A stretch of 64,000 nt of DNA from the NCBI RefSeq assembly GCF_009914755.1, contig NC_060937.1; one strand, written 5' to 3'. Below are positions 46,222 through 59,535 of the stretch, piece by piece. The notes under the pieces were generated by a model. The model saw only the letters and a list, made by a program, of their open reading frames with translations, was not told the origin of the DNA and searched no databases. The translations under genes were made by a program, and so were the position numbers. This DNA is from the human T2T-CHM13v2.0 reference genome, Homo sapiens. Positions within the stretch are counted from its first letter, which is position 1, and each line of letters opens with the position of its first letter.

Positions 46222-48229
46222 GCTTGTTTCTTTTTTCAGCCAGTAAGAAATTAAGCTATAGTAGAACTCATTTATAATACAGCTGGCAACAGTGATTTCT
46301 TGAGATTTACAATCAAATGTGCAACAGATGTAATTTAAATGGAAGAGTTAATATTATTTGTATGTGTGTGTGTTGTGTTTATATGCGTATGTAGTATTTA
46401 TTTTTTTATAAGTCAAATATGGCAAACTTGCATTTAATTCAAGCTCATGTCAGTTATTTATATATGCCCTACATACTGAAGAAACAAGTCTTGATTCTTA
46501 TTTCTGACATCTCACTAAATAAAAAATAATTTAGAGGATTTCTAATGAATTTGATTTTCTCATAATGTGAATATCTTGTATGTATGTTTATCTTATTTTG
46601 TGCAAATATGACATAATGAAGCTTTATTTTTTTGTAATTTATACCATGGTTAATCATAGCTGAAAGGCCAAACTTAAATTTAACACAGTGCTTTAAAATG
46701 AAATGCCTTTCCAAATGAGTTAATGTTCATCGTTACTAATTGCACTTTGAAGGGCTTTTACCCAAAACTACTTGTATGATACTGCAGAAATAGTTGATGT
46801 CAGTAAATGGCATTTTAACATATAAATTTGTTGCTATAATAGCAAATCATTTACTTAGAGGAATATAAAAGTTTTGAGAAAGTAACTTCCTATCAATAAA
46901 TGTAACTTTTGCACATACATTTCTATCTTACTAAAAAAAAATTTTGCTAAGTTTTTTTTAAGTAGTTGACCTCTTTAGTTTGATATATGAACATTTTTCA
47001 AATGTGGGATTATTTATTAGCAAGCAGCTGTGTATCTGAAACACTTTAATTATATAAATAATGCAGATGATGGTCATATTTCAGTTAAATGTCAGTTTTT
47101 CATTAGACAATGTATCTACTCATTGTGAGAAAGATTCCATAATGAAGAAAACAATGCTATTTGTGAAACGTTGCTTTGGTTATTCTGGAATATGTTAAAA
47201 ACATGTAGCACACAATTTTGCAGGCACTTACTACTCATTCATATACTAATTTATTTTCTTTATGAAAATAATAAATGGATTTTTTGTAGAAGAAAAGCAC
47301 AGCCTTGGGTGGATGGCTACATGCTCCTTTTGCCATCAGTTCCCTGCACAGACCCTGCTCGTAGAAGGCAGAAGCCCCCCCAGCCAATAGCAGCACTCTC
47401 AGTATGGGACAATGCTGTGTGTTGTTTTACTCCTCTATGATATGTTAAGGAAAGCAAGTTCAGAAAAATAGAAACTATACTAACTTTTAAACAAAGATAT
47501 TTTAATATAGGTAATTGATTAAACATATGAAGGAATAAAAGGTACAAGGAACACTAAAGTAGCGTGGGTCACCCAAGAGCTGAAAGAAGCAAGGGAACAA
47601 GGGGAAGAAGTCAGCATTACTAGAATATAGATGCTTAGAGAAAGGGCCTTTGTGAGCCTATGTCTGGGGCCCAGACCTCTGGTGAGAGGATGCTGGCTAG
47701 TGCTGGTACTGCTAAGTGGTATGAGGGTGAGGGATCAGATAGTTCTATTAAAGCAGGCACGATCTAGAGCTTGGAACCAATGGCCACTTCCAAGGTCAAC
47801 TGTCTTTGCAATGGCAACACTGACAAAAAACGTAAAGTGAAAAAGAAAGGGGAACACCTTTTTCTCCTCCTTTTCTCTTCCAGTCAGCATCTACTGCATC
47901 CTATTTCAGATGCTGACAGACAGCCACAAGACAAAGGGGAAATTAGCCTCCAAGGTTCCGGCTCACCATCCCAAGCAGAATTTAAAAGGGTATGTTCAGA
48001 GGTGAGAAGCATTAGGCTCAATATCTGCACACTTTCCTTGCATGAGATTCGATCACCAGAGGGAATTCCGTGCTGCAGTCTCAGTGTTACAGTTTTTCTG
48101 AAACTGGAAAAAAATTCAAACTGGGCTCTCCAAGTCCCAACCAATGTCTTGGGCTGTGGGCGGTCTTTTGGCTAAATTGGAATATCCAGATCCAGATGGA
48201 TGAGAAGCTGTGTCTGATGGTGAAGGGAA

Positions 48230-48771
48230 TTCTAAAGCAGAGTTGAATGCACCATAACAGGGTATGGCAGCCACTGGGGCAAAGGTCAGCAACAGGCTGA
48301 CAGCCATCAAAATACCAGGACTGACTCCACCCAATAACCCCAATGAGTTTAGAAGCAAATTCATTCTTATACCTTACACAAAAAAGCAGCCCTGTGGAAC
48401 CTTGATCTTTTAAGACCTGGAACAGAAAAAGTAGGTAAAACACGGTGTCCAGAATTCTGCCCACAAAATCTATGACAGGGGTGTCCAATCTTTTGGCTTC
48501 CCTCGGCCACATTAGAAGAAGGAGAATTGTCTTAGGCCAGATATACACTAACACTGATGATAGCTGATGAGCTAAAATACTTTAAAAAAAAAAAAAACTC
48601 ATAGTATTTCAAGAAAGTTTATGAATTTGTGTTGAGATGTTCAAAGCCATCTTGGGCCACATGCAGCTTGCAGGCTGCAGGTTGGACAAACTTAATCTGT
48701 GAGATAATGAACATGTTTTAAGCCATTAAGTTTGAGGTGATTTTTAGGGTAAGCAATAGAATATGACTGCA
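48230..48771 (+). mobile_element. MLT1 (MaLR) LTR interrupted by MER30
   Basis: gcagccctgtggaaccttgat...ttttaagccattaagtttgaggtgattt..gcaatagaatatgactgca is a typical MLT1 3' end. Confidence 0.7.
48476..48694 (+). mobile_element. MER30 (hAT-Charlie non-autonomous DNA transposon)
   Basis: Starts CAGGGGTGTCCAATCTTTTGGCTTCCCT, ends GGTTGGACAAACTTA; 8-bp TSD ATCTATGA / ATCTGTGA. Confidence 0.92.
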
Positions 48772-49529
48772 GAGAGCAACCAAGGATAGTATGTTTACTT
48801 AAATCTTGAATCCCTGGCTTCTTCTCACCACTTTGAAGAAGTTTCAAGTTCTAAGAAGAGAAAGAGAAACCTCTAGTGTAGCTAACAGTAGAGTGGACAC
48901 CTTGGAATTACAATTTGAGATGTCCCTTCGTAACAGCTGAATGAGTCCCACTCTTTCTCTATTTTCATTGTGGAGCATTCCCTTACCCAACAGTGAGACC
49001 ACGTGAGCAAAATGAAGACTAGTGACCAAGTCTGTTTTCTTGCCACCCTTAATGGGACTCTTGACTCTACTGTCCAACTTATGTACACTGCAAAAACAAA
49101 CAAAAAGGAGGCTGGGGTTTGCCAGGTAACTGTGGGCTTGCTTGGAATTGAAGATTTGGATAGCTATTATCTTTAGAGCTAAGGACGGTCTTAATAAAAA
49201 AAAAAAAAAAAGTTCCCCTTTCAGTATTTTGAAAGGTCATTATTTTTGGCCAAGAGACAGCTGTCAAAATTATTTTAAATATTCCTGGGTTCTTTAATTA
49301 AATTGTGATTCATGGTCATTGAATAAATGTTACACTGAATATGGATATTTTATGTTCAAACACCGAGTGTAAGCAAGCTAGTTAGACACATCCATGAACT
49401 CTTACTGATGAGTTCTATCACTATATTTGTAGCTCATTGCCAGGTACCTGCTGTACTTACAAAACTTGTCAAGATTATACAGTTGAAACAATATCCCATA
49501 ATAACAGAAGAAAAACTACTTGTTCTTCT

Positions 49530-50450
49530 CAAAAATATTTCATGAAGGCAGGAGCTCTTTGGGATGCTATTCCATTAACATTGAACATCACTGATGCTTG
49601 GATCCCTTCTGTGGAATATCAAAGCTAAAATGAAAAATTAGCTCCCACTTCACAGGCAACAGCTGATGTTATCACTGTGACTAAACAGACTGCTGCCATG
49701 ACTGGTAGCTGGTATGAAGCTTTGGACATTCAACACTTTGTAATTTTTTATGACTGTTCTTCCAAAAAAAGGCCAGGATCAATTTGCTTCCATGTGGCAA
49801 AGCTTGCCGTACATCTGTGCACTCCTTTTACAAGGTATGTGAATTATTCTGCATTATTTTATCAAAGGGTCAGACAAGTTTTAGCACAGTATGAGCTACT
49901 GGTATGTGCTAAAATATATCTTTTCATTTAAGACATTCTGATGGTGCCTCCCAATGAGGAAACTGTTCATGCTGGAGTGATTTAAAGTTGCCTGGGCCTT
50001 GAGTGAGAATACAGTTTAGAGCCCTGATATTCCAATGTCCTCTATTGTAAAGTGAAAATGGCGTATCCTGTTAAGGCCAGCAGAGGCCCTCAAATCCTTA
50101 GCCAATTCCAAGAAAGAGGTGCGAGGAACAGACCCATGATCAACAGAATCAGTACCACTCACTGTATTATCTGTACCACTGGTATAAGAGGATCTCAGCT
50201 ATAAAACTTGTCACCAGATAAGACAGCGTGATTTGCTGATGAAACAATCCACTTCCAGCATGGAATATCTAGTGGAATGCTACAGCAATCCCCCATAAAA
50301 ACAATAAACAGCTGATTGTGTGTAGTATCAGATATTCTTTATAAGGGGCTTAATTTCAGGTCCTGCTCTGGGATATGAAGTATGAAGAGATTGATTGAAA
50401 TGTATCTTCATCTAGACTCATGGGTAGTTACTAATAATGTCTTAGCTCTA
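49530..50450 (+). pseudogene. pol: Ancient class III (ERVL-like) pol remnant
   Basis: SVEYQS*NEKLAPTSQATADVITVTKQTAAMTGSWYEALDI...RYVNYSALFYQRVRQVL...LFI*DILM parallels ERVL RT (TVDYRKLNQ..AAVPDVVSLLEQI..GTWYAAID; QGYINSPALCH; HYIDDIML); DSWVVTN at ~50415 parallels RNaseH DSWAVAN. Confidence 0.65.
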
Positions 50451-51733
50451 TGATGAGGCCACTAGGACACCAAGGTATAGATAACAAAATATGTAGTGAT
50501 GTAATGTATGTTTAACTTATAGACTCTCATATATATATAAGAATAATATATATAAAAATATATTTCACATGTACCATCAGTCAGAAAGCAACCATTTAAA
50601 GAACACCCTCTAGATTGAATAAGTATGTGTACTCAATTCTATTATAGCTTGGTGGGTTTATGCTCAAAATATTACAGCAAAGAAATTATCACAAAGAACT
50701 ACAAAGTCTATCCTATTTGCAACCTATCCCAGCCTCGGTGAGGAAGAATTCTGTAAGAACTGTTTTCAACTACTTATAAGTTACAGACCATCATTCTCAT
50801 TCTACCTAAGCTTAATTGCTGTGTGTTAGGGATGTAAAATCAGAAAGTCTTTGGAAAATAAAGTGTATCTTTCATTTTATTCCTTTGTAGTTTGTAACTT
50901 TATCCCTGATATTCTCACCTTAATATCTTGGTTCCTAAAAGAATCAGTACTTTTCCATAATAGCTGGGAAAAAAACAAACAAACAGAAACCCAGATTTGC
51001 TCCTTAATGCCCTGGTCATATTTTTCTCCATCACGGAGCTACCTTCATTATACTCTCTAGCAGCCCCCAACCTGTGTGCCCACCAAAGGAAGTATAAATA
51101 CTGGATAGATTTGGATGTTGTCTTGAATACAAGTGTGGGTGAGACTCTTTGTGCCTCTAGGACTTGTTTTCCTCTACAGATGGCAGGGACTCTGCTGTTT
51201 CCCTGTTGGACCTGAACACTTATTTTCTGAAGATTGCTAAAAATCCAGAAATCATTACTGACACTTCTTTTCATTGTCTCTGGTGTCAACACCACAACTT
51301 TTCTGAGTGATGAAAGCCTGATATACACAGGCTTTCATCATGAAGCACAGATGATTATGAAGCCCAATGAGTTATCTCAAACTTATGGGACACTGTATAG
51401 GAATTTTCTGATCAGATAGCCTAGGTCTTTATTGCTAAGCACAGCAAATATTACTCTTTGTCCAGGTTGTACTGACCCTGAACTCTTGAAGGATCTCTAA
51501 GAAGGGGAGGATAAAATGTCTAAGTATTATACTACTTTTGAGTCAATACCTTAGCTCAAATTGAGATCTCAGAGAAATATCTGAAGGAGCAGGCAGATAA
51601 CTCCGAGTGTGCCAATTGGTTTTGGTGTGATAGACTTTATGTTATAAGCTTTGTAATCTTTTGAATTTTGCTGCATCTTCTTTAGCTCTGCAAGCAGGCA
51701 TTGAAGGCCCAATTAAAGTCTAAATGATTATGA

Positions 51734-52253
51734 TGTTAGACTGGGAACTGTACATCTAATAAGACTCTATGGGCCAGTGATAGAGTGGAGGGAGAAGAGA
51801 AAAGCCTTTGGATGAATGGCCCTTCCTGTCCACTTTTCTGTTCCATGTCGTCTGGCACAGTGCTGTTTAGTTGCACTGAACTGGTTCTCAGAGTAATATC
51901 CAGACGTCTACCTGATATTGGCAAGGTTCATATGAAATCTCCCTGGCAGAGCTCTGTATTTGTTTCCTAGGACTGAGTTTTCTTGTCATGTTCCTTGTTG
52001 CAAATAATATAAAGTTACTTTACCCTATTTTGGGATAGCATACACCTATAACAAGCTATGTGAGGGAAGAGTATTCTGTCATGGGATTCTCTTCTTGATA
52101 ATTTGCTGGACCAACCAGATGTTTAAATGGAAAAACTGTGCAAAGTTAAAGGGGCTTGTGTGTTCTGGTTCAACTCTGCTTCTCCATCATTATCAATAAA
52201 TCTTTTAACACTTTCTCGTTAAGGGCTTGGGTCACTGTGCACTCTGGATAACA
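51734..52253 (+). mobile_element. Probable old LTR (3' LTR of the ERVL-like remnant)
   Basis: TGTTA...TAACA inverted termini, ~520 bp, AATAAA at 52195, downstream of the pol remnant. Confidence 0.5.
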
Positions 52254-52979
52254 ATATGCAGAATCCCTGTGCTTATTGAGGAAGGACATGGCAGTATGTT
52301 CTTACCCTTCCATTTAGAGTATGAATCCTTTGAATACTAAAATAGATTTCTATATCTCATATAACCCAGAAATATCCAGGCACATACTATTCACAGAAGA
52401 TATTCCTGGATTAAAATTCTAAATTCATATCATTTATTTAAAATTTCAAAAATTAGATCTTATCTTTTCAACTTGATCATGTGCCCTTTTAAAGGAGAGG
52501 TGTAATTTACATGTTTCTAATATCCTTGAAGTACCTACCTCAACTTTTAAATATAGCGGATAATAAATGTGTGTTGGTTTATAGTTTCACAAATTTACCT
52601 GTTTTGGGGGCATAGTCATTGCATGAATAGTCAAATTTTGATAGTTTTATTTTTCTGAGTAATGTATTTATTTGGAGATATATAATATATGTGCATGATC
52701 AAAGAAACAGCATATATATTGAAAGTGAAATGTTAGAGTTCTCTCTTATTACTCATTCAGAGTCCCTTTATCCTCCTCTATTATGATTCTTTCTGCATGT
52801 ATACAGAGATATTCCAGAATAAACTAAATATTCTACCTATTAATATAATTTTTGCCCAATAGCAGCACATAAGATTACTACTCTGCTTTTTTCCCCACTA
52901 ACTGATATTGATACATTTCCTTCATTCCATAAAAGTATATAAAGTTGCTTCATTTTGTTTTTACTATATGTTTTTAATA

Positions 52980-53253
52980 GTTACACTCTGTCTCCCAGGC
53001 TGGAGTGCAACGGCACAATCTTGGCTCACTGCAACCTCCACCTCCTGGGTTCAAACAATTCTCCTGCCTCAGGCTTCCCAAGTAGCTAGGATTACAGGCA
53101 TGTGCCAGCACACCCGGCTAATTTTTGTATTTTTACTAGAGACAGGCTTTCACTATGTTGGCCTGGCTGGTCTCGAACCCTTGACCTCAGGTGATCTGCC
53201 CGCCTCGGCTTTCCAAAATGCTAGGATTACAGGTGTGAGCCACTGGGCCTGGC
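52980..53253 (-). mobile_element. AluSx/Sz-like, tail eroded
   Basis: Alu body with gacctcaggtgatc. Confidence 0.9.
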
Positions 53254-53344
53254 TTATTTTGTTAATTTTGCGTGTGTGTATATATGTATAGATACAAGTG
53301 AATTAAGTGAATAAAATCCCAACTCCCAACAGACTAGCAATCTT

Positions 53345-53651
<307 letters not shown>

Positions 53652-53669
53652 CAGACTAGCAATCTTATT

Positions 53670-54450
53670 AGGAGAGACAGTCACTTAATAAATATATAGT
53701 AACAAATATATAACATATTTTATTGTAATAGGTGATATTAAACACTTATTCAGCATCCACAACAAAACCAGAAAGCCAAGGAGATTGTTACAGATAAGGG
53801 TAAAAGTAGATATACTGTTTACTAGCAGAGGACTACTGAAGGCCTCATCGAGGTCCAGTAGAGATCTGAAAGGAAGGATCTGCAGTTATCCAGTTGCATT
53901 ACATCCCAAAGAGTGGGAAAAGAGGGTACAAAGAGATGCAAATGTTCAACTTGCAGCAAGGAGGGGAGAACAACTGGGGTACAATGAAAGAGAAGGTCTG
54001 GGAGATCAGGTCTAACAATGTACTGGAATCAGATCAGTTAAGCTTTTTAGGCTGTTTTATTACATTGGTTTTACACTGAGGAATAAGAGAAGTGATAGAG
54101 TCATGAGCAGATTGACACGAATGAAATATTTTGACCTGACTTACAAAATAACAGGAACACTATGAGTCTTGTTTTAAAAATAGACAATGTAAGAGTGAGG
54201 GCAACAGCAGCAAGAGTAGGTAGGAGAAAATTTCAGAAATCCAGATGAGAAATAGTGTCTGGGTAAGTGATGGTGTCAATAGATACGGAGAACTGATCAT
54301 AATCTGTTTATATTTTGCAGTCAAAGTCTACAGAAGATAATGATGGACTGGATGTACTATGTGAGACAAAAAAAAAAAAAAGAGTCAATGAAAAGTCCAG
54401 GATTTCTGGCTGGAGTAACTGGGAGGATGAGGCTGTAAGGGAGATAATAA
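53670..54450 (+). mobile_element. L2 remnant
   Basis: aatccagatgagaaatagtg...gagtcaatgaaaagtccaggatttctggctggagtaactgg is typical of decayed L2. Confidence 0.55.
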
Positions 54451-54499
54451 GCTCTGTTGGGGTCTCTGGAAGGGCTATTAGTTGCTGATATAAACAAGA

Positions 54500-54739
54500 T
54501 ATTATGGTGAATACTTAGTGTCAACTTGATGGATTGAAGGATGCAAAGTATTGATCCTGGGTGTGTCTCTGAGGGAGCTGCCAAAGTAGATTAGCATTTG
54601 AGTCAGTGGGCTGCGAAAGGCAGACTCATCCCTAAGCTGGGTGGGTTCAATCTAATCACTTGCCAGCACAGCCAGAATATAAAGCAGGTAGAAAAACGTG
54701 CAAAGGCTACACTGGCATAGCTGCCCAGCCTGCATCTTT
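54500..54739 (+). mobile_element. MLT2A (HERVL LTR) 5' half
   Basis: atggtgaatacttagtgtcaacttgatggattgaaggatgcaaagtattgatcctgggtgtgtct matches the MLT2A start; truncated. Confidence 0.85.
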
Positions 54740-55036
54740 AATACAGGCCTACCTACAATTATAGATAAAATTACAGCTGATCATATTTTGAATTCTATAG
54801 TTAAGAGGAAGCAAGTACTATAGATATTAGAGAAGTATTGTTTCCTGAAGATTCAAGTACAAAGATGGCTTACTTTTTATCCTCCCTTCAACATGTCATT
54901 TTCACATCTTGGCATTATGCAAGGAAATGCTCATCTTTTCTATCTGAATAATAGCAGTTCTGATTTACTTCCTTAATCTGCCACGGTCTTATAGCACCTG
55001 AGATATTTTTAAAAGTTACAGAAAGTATCTGTTCAC

Positions 55037-55239
55037 TTGGAACAATAGACATTGGGCACCGGGGGGTACTAGCATGGGGAGGAGAGTGAGAGTTGAAAAT
55101 CTATCTGTGGGGTGCTATGCTCACTACGTGGGTGACAGGATCATTCATACAACAAACCTCAACGACTCACAATCCACCCATGTAACAAATATGCACATGC
55201 GCTCCCTGAATCTAAAATAAAAGTTGAGAAGAAAAAAAA
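55037..55239 (+). mobile_element. Short L1PA13-16-like 3' end
   Basis: gggtgacaggatcattcatac..cccatgtaacaaatatgcacatg..tctaaaataaaagttg plus A tail. Confidence 0.8.
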
Positions 55240-55624
55240 TACACCTGTTTCACATGAAGACTTTTCTTTTTATGAATGTCCGTCAACTAACGTATCTTTT
55301 AGGGTGACTACATATCAAAAGTCAATTTAATAATTGCCATAAAATTGTCATTACCCAAACTTTTTGACATCATTAATTTTAATTGTCATTACCCAAATGT
55401 TTTGACATCATTAATGTTACTCCTTTTATTATTCCTTTTGAAATATTCTGACTTAACTCCCTTGCAGTGACCATGTATTTGCCTAACACATGTACATATG
55501 GACATGTGCGTATCCATGCATGCATGCACACACAGACACCTTTTGTTACCCATACCACCCTTCTCCAGTTCTAACATGCTGTTCCTTTGTGATAAGAACC
55601 TTGTTCCTTTCTAGCAAATCATAC

Positions 55625-56215
55625 TGTATAATTTCCTATTGCTACTTTAATACATTAATAACTACTTAGAGGCTTAAAACACTTTTTTTATTTTTAACAC
55701 ATATTTATGACCTCACAATATCATAGTTCATAGGTTTGTGTTGGCTCAGCTAGTTTCTCTGCTCAAAGTTTTACAGGCAGAAATCAGTGTCAACAGACTG
55801 TGTCATCAAGAGACTCCAGAAAGAATCTGATTCCAAAGTCAGTCCAGTTTTCAAAAAAATCCAGTTCCTTGAGGGAAGAAGACTTACAGTCACCATTTCC
55901 TTATTGGCTGTCAGCTGGGGGCTGTCTTCTGCTCTTACAAGCCCCTTTCTAATTCTTACATGTGGTCCCTTTAAACTCAAAATCTGTCCAACGTTCCTGC
56001 TCTCTTCTGCTTCCAGCTGGAGAAAGTTGTTTGCTTTTAAGGGTACATGTGATTAGATTGCTCCCGTCTGAATAATATAAACTAATCTCAGGTTCTAAGG
56101 TAAGACCAGTGACCTCAGTTGTATTTTCAAAGTCTATTTTGCCACGAGATATAAACATTCAAAGGTTTCAGGGATTAGAGTGTGGAAATCTTTGGGGAAC
56201 CGTTTTCCCTATCAC
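55625..56215 (-). mobile_element. MLT1 (MaLR) LTR
   Basis: tgtataatttcctattgct..ttagaggcttaaaac...gtttcagggattagagtgtggaaatctttgggg. Confidence 0.75.
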
Positions 56216-57138
56216 ACATACATGCCTCCATCTACTCATATCTGTTTTCAGACTTATCTTTCACACTTCATGTTTGATTTGCAATTTCTTTACTTTCTTC
56301 ATCAACATCACTATCATATCCATCCTTAGTAACTTGAGTCTAGCTAATTTTTGAGCCACTGACTTGTAGACATAATTTTCCCTTTCCCAGTTTTCATGTT
56401 CTTAGCCTCTTCTCTATTTCCACATTGCTCTACCTTAGAAATTGTATTGACAATGGAAGGTCCTATTTCAACTTAGTAAATCTTGTGTCTTCAAAATACA
56501 TAGCAAAAATCAGAATCCACATCCTCCTATAACCACCTATGTGTCGAAGGCAGCAGATTTAACTCCGTCTTTGATTTATTTATGAGAAACCGTGTTGTAA
56601 ATGCTTTCTAACTATGTACACTATACTGCCATCATTTTAAGTTAGTAATCCTGCAGATAGCTCTTTGACAAACATTTCCATTAAATTGGATAACATAATT
56701 ATAATCAGTCTTTACCCAACTGTAAATCAAATAAATTCATTTTTATTTTACTGCTTTATGAAGGTGATTTACAGAAACTTGCAGAATGCGGCACCAGATC
56801 CGCAGGACTTAGAGCCTGAGGATTGTATAACTGGGTTGTTCTTTAGAGTATAGGAGACCTTGAGGCAAATAGTGGTTACCTCCAAGCTATTATTAAGGCT
56901 TCCCACAGAGGTCACTGTGAGAACTATATCAGAAATACTCATTAAGAACAATGTACAACCTAACAATTACTAAGACCGTTTTCAATATCTACATCATCCC
57001 ATTGTGAGAAACCCTAAATCCAAATTCTCTGCAGCTTGAATATATTAAAATAGAAATGAATATTTTTTCAGTTACCATAACCTATACTTTAAACTTTAGT
57101 CAATAAAAAAAGTAACATGAACATGGTATAACCACTTT

Positions 57139-57726
57139 ACTATATATATAACTATATATTACATATATAGTTATATATATATATGTATTTTTAAAAAAAT
57201 TATTATACTTTAAGTTCTGGGATACATGTGCAGAACGTGCAGGATTTTTACATTGATATACACGTGCCATGGTGGTTTGCTGCACCCATCAACCCATCAT
57301 CTACATTAGGTATTTCTCCTAATGCTATCCATCACCTAGTCCCCCCTGACAGGCCCCAGTGTGTAATGTTCCCTTCCCTGTGTCCATGTGTTCTCATTGT
57401 TCAGCTCCCACTTATGAGTGAGAAGATGCAGTGTTTGGTTTTCTGTTCTTGTGTTAGTTTGCTGAGAATGATGGTTTCCAGCTTCATCCATGTCCCTGCA
57501 AAGGACATAAACTCATCCTTTTTTATGGCTGCATAGTATTCCATGGTGTATATGTATCACATTTTATTTATACTATTTGATCCAGCAATCTCATTACTGG
57601 GTATATACCCAAAGGATTATAAATCATTCTACTATAAAGACACATGCACACATATGTTTATTGCAGCACTGTTTACAATAGCAAAGACTTGGAACCAACC
57701 CAAATGCCCATCAATAATAGACTGAA
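57139..57726 (-). mobile_element. L1PA7/8-like short insertion with 5' inversion; tail decayed to (TA)n
   Basis: Minus 3'UTR/ORF2 end ~57199-57570; plus piece 57571-57727; TSD TATAACCACTTT (57127) / TATAACCATTTT (57727). Confidence 0.9.
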
Positions 57727-58496
57727 TATAACCATTTTTAATATTTTGATTAGTGCATATATTTTTATATATAAAGATATTATGTGTATGTCTATATGTG
57801 TATGCATATAAGTATTTGTGCATCTATATGTATAGATTTATATACATATATATGTACATGTACATATATATCTATATATTATATATAACTAAACATACAT
57901 GCAAACCTATAACACACATATTTTATTTCAAATCAGCATGGCATATATATGTGTTTTTATATTTTTAAGATCGTTTGTCATGACATTTTTAGTAATAAAT
58001 ACAGTTAAATTGCCGTACTTAAGAGGTGAATCTTTACTTTGTAGAAATGAAATATTGAAGGAAAGGAATATGCATATTTTTAAGCTATAAGTGTATTTCT
58101 ACAATATTTTTGATGTTCTCATTCTAGGACCTGAGAAAAGAAGACAATTTCAGTTTGTTTAGTAATGATAATATGTACAAGATGGAAAGTGCAACATATT
58201 TCTAAATATTTCTAAATGAACTGGACTGTTATGACTGTAAGAATGCCAATGTCCTTAGTGTGGTTAAATATCATCTTATCACACTTCTCAATAATGATTA
58301 CGCACTTAGTTTTATTTAGTAGATCTTCTGACTAAAGTGATCAATAGAAGTACTTGATTTTAAAAATATTTTATTTGAAACATTATGCTCATAAAAGAAG
58401 AAGTTATGATGTCAAAATGTACAGAAAGAGGAAGTAAAGGAAACTTAGTAAAAGACCTGTCACTAAAAAATTACCTTCAGGGTCTTTAATTTCAAA

Positions 58497-58527
<31 letters not shown>

Positions 58528-58994
58528 CCCCTCTCTTCCTCCCCCCTGCCATATTATCTGAGGATTAGGATAAGAATTATATTAAATCTAGCCAAATCCT
58601 TTTTTTTTTAACTCCTTAGCTGCCACTTTTTGAATCTTTAATAGCAGTATACTCTGACATCTCTTTGTTTCTGGATATGAAAGTTTCTACAAATTTAAAT
58701 CAATAACATAAAAGTTGGTAGTCACGGATGAACATTATGTAATCCAGCTTCAGTTTAACCCTGGAAACCAGGAACTCTGATCCACAAAGTTCTAATATGA
58801 ACCACTGATGTGATAGATAGTTGAGAATTAAGGCCTGTTTCTGATAGAAGAGGAGGAAAGAAATACACCTAAGTGGCAAATGCTTCATTATAAACAAGGG
58901 TCCTTCTAGGTTCTTGGGTGAGACTGAACTTCACTATTTATTGTTCCCAGTTGGTATGATTCTATTGTAGCCAGGCCATATTATAAAAGATGTC

Positions 58995-59273
58995 TGTATT
59001 AGTTTTCTGTTGAATATATAACAAATTACTACAAGCCTGGTGACTGAACACATATTTATTATCTGTCTTAGATTTCTAAAAGTCTGAAATACAAAATTGA
59101 TCAGCAGAGTTGTGTTCCTTCAAAGATCTCAAGAAAGAGTCTGTTTCCTGGCCTTTTCCAGTGTCTACAGACTACCTGCATTCATTGGCTCATGGCCCAT
59201 GCCTTAAATTTTCAAAGCCAAAACCAGCACCATGGTATCTTCATCTCTCTCTCTCTTTCTCTCTCTCTGTCTC

Positions 59274-59309
<36 letters not shown>

Positions 59310-59535
59310 ACTCAACTGTCCTTCCATTCTCATGCTTCTATCTCTGTCTCTGACTCTCCTGTAATCTTGGTCGTTGCATTAGGCCAACGCAGGTGGTTCA
59401 GAATGACCTTCTCATCTCAAAACCCTTAGCTTAATCATTAATCACAATCTGTAATGTCTCTTTTGGGAATGTGAAGTAAAATATTCATAGGTTCTAGGGA
59501 TACAGATGCAGATATATTTAGGGGGACACTATTCC
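58995..59535 (-). mobile_element. MLT1 (MaLR) LTR containing (TC)n(CA)n
   Basis: tgtattagttttctgttg..taacaaattactacaa...cataggttctagggatacagatgcagatatatttaggggg. Confidence 0.8.

Noticed and set aside
47631-48554. Cluster of 69-155-aa ORFs on both strands
   Set aside because: They overlap MLT1/MER30 remnants; no recognisable domains or supported splice structure.
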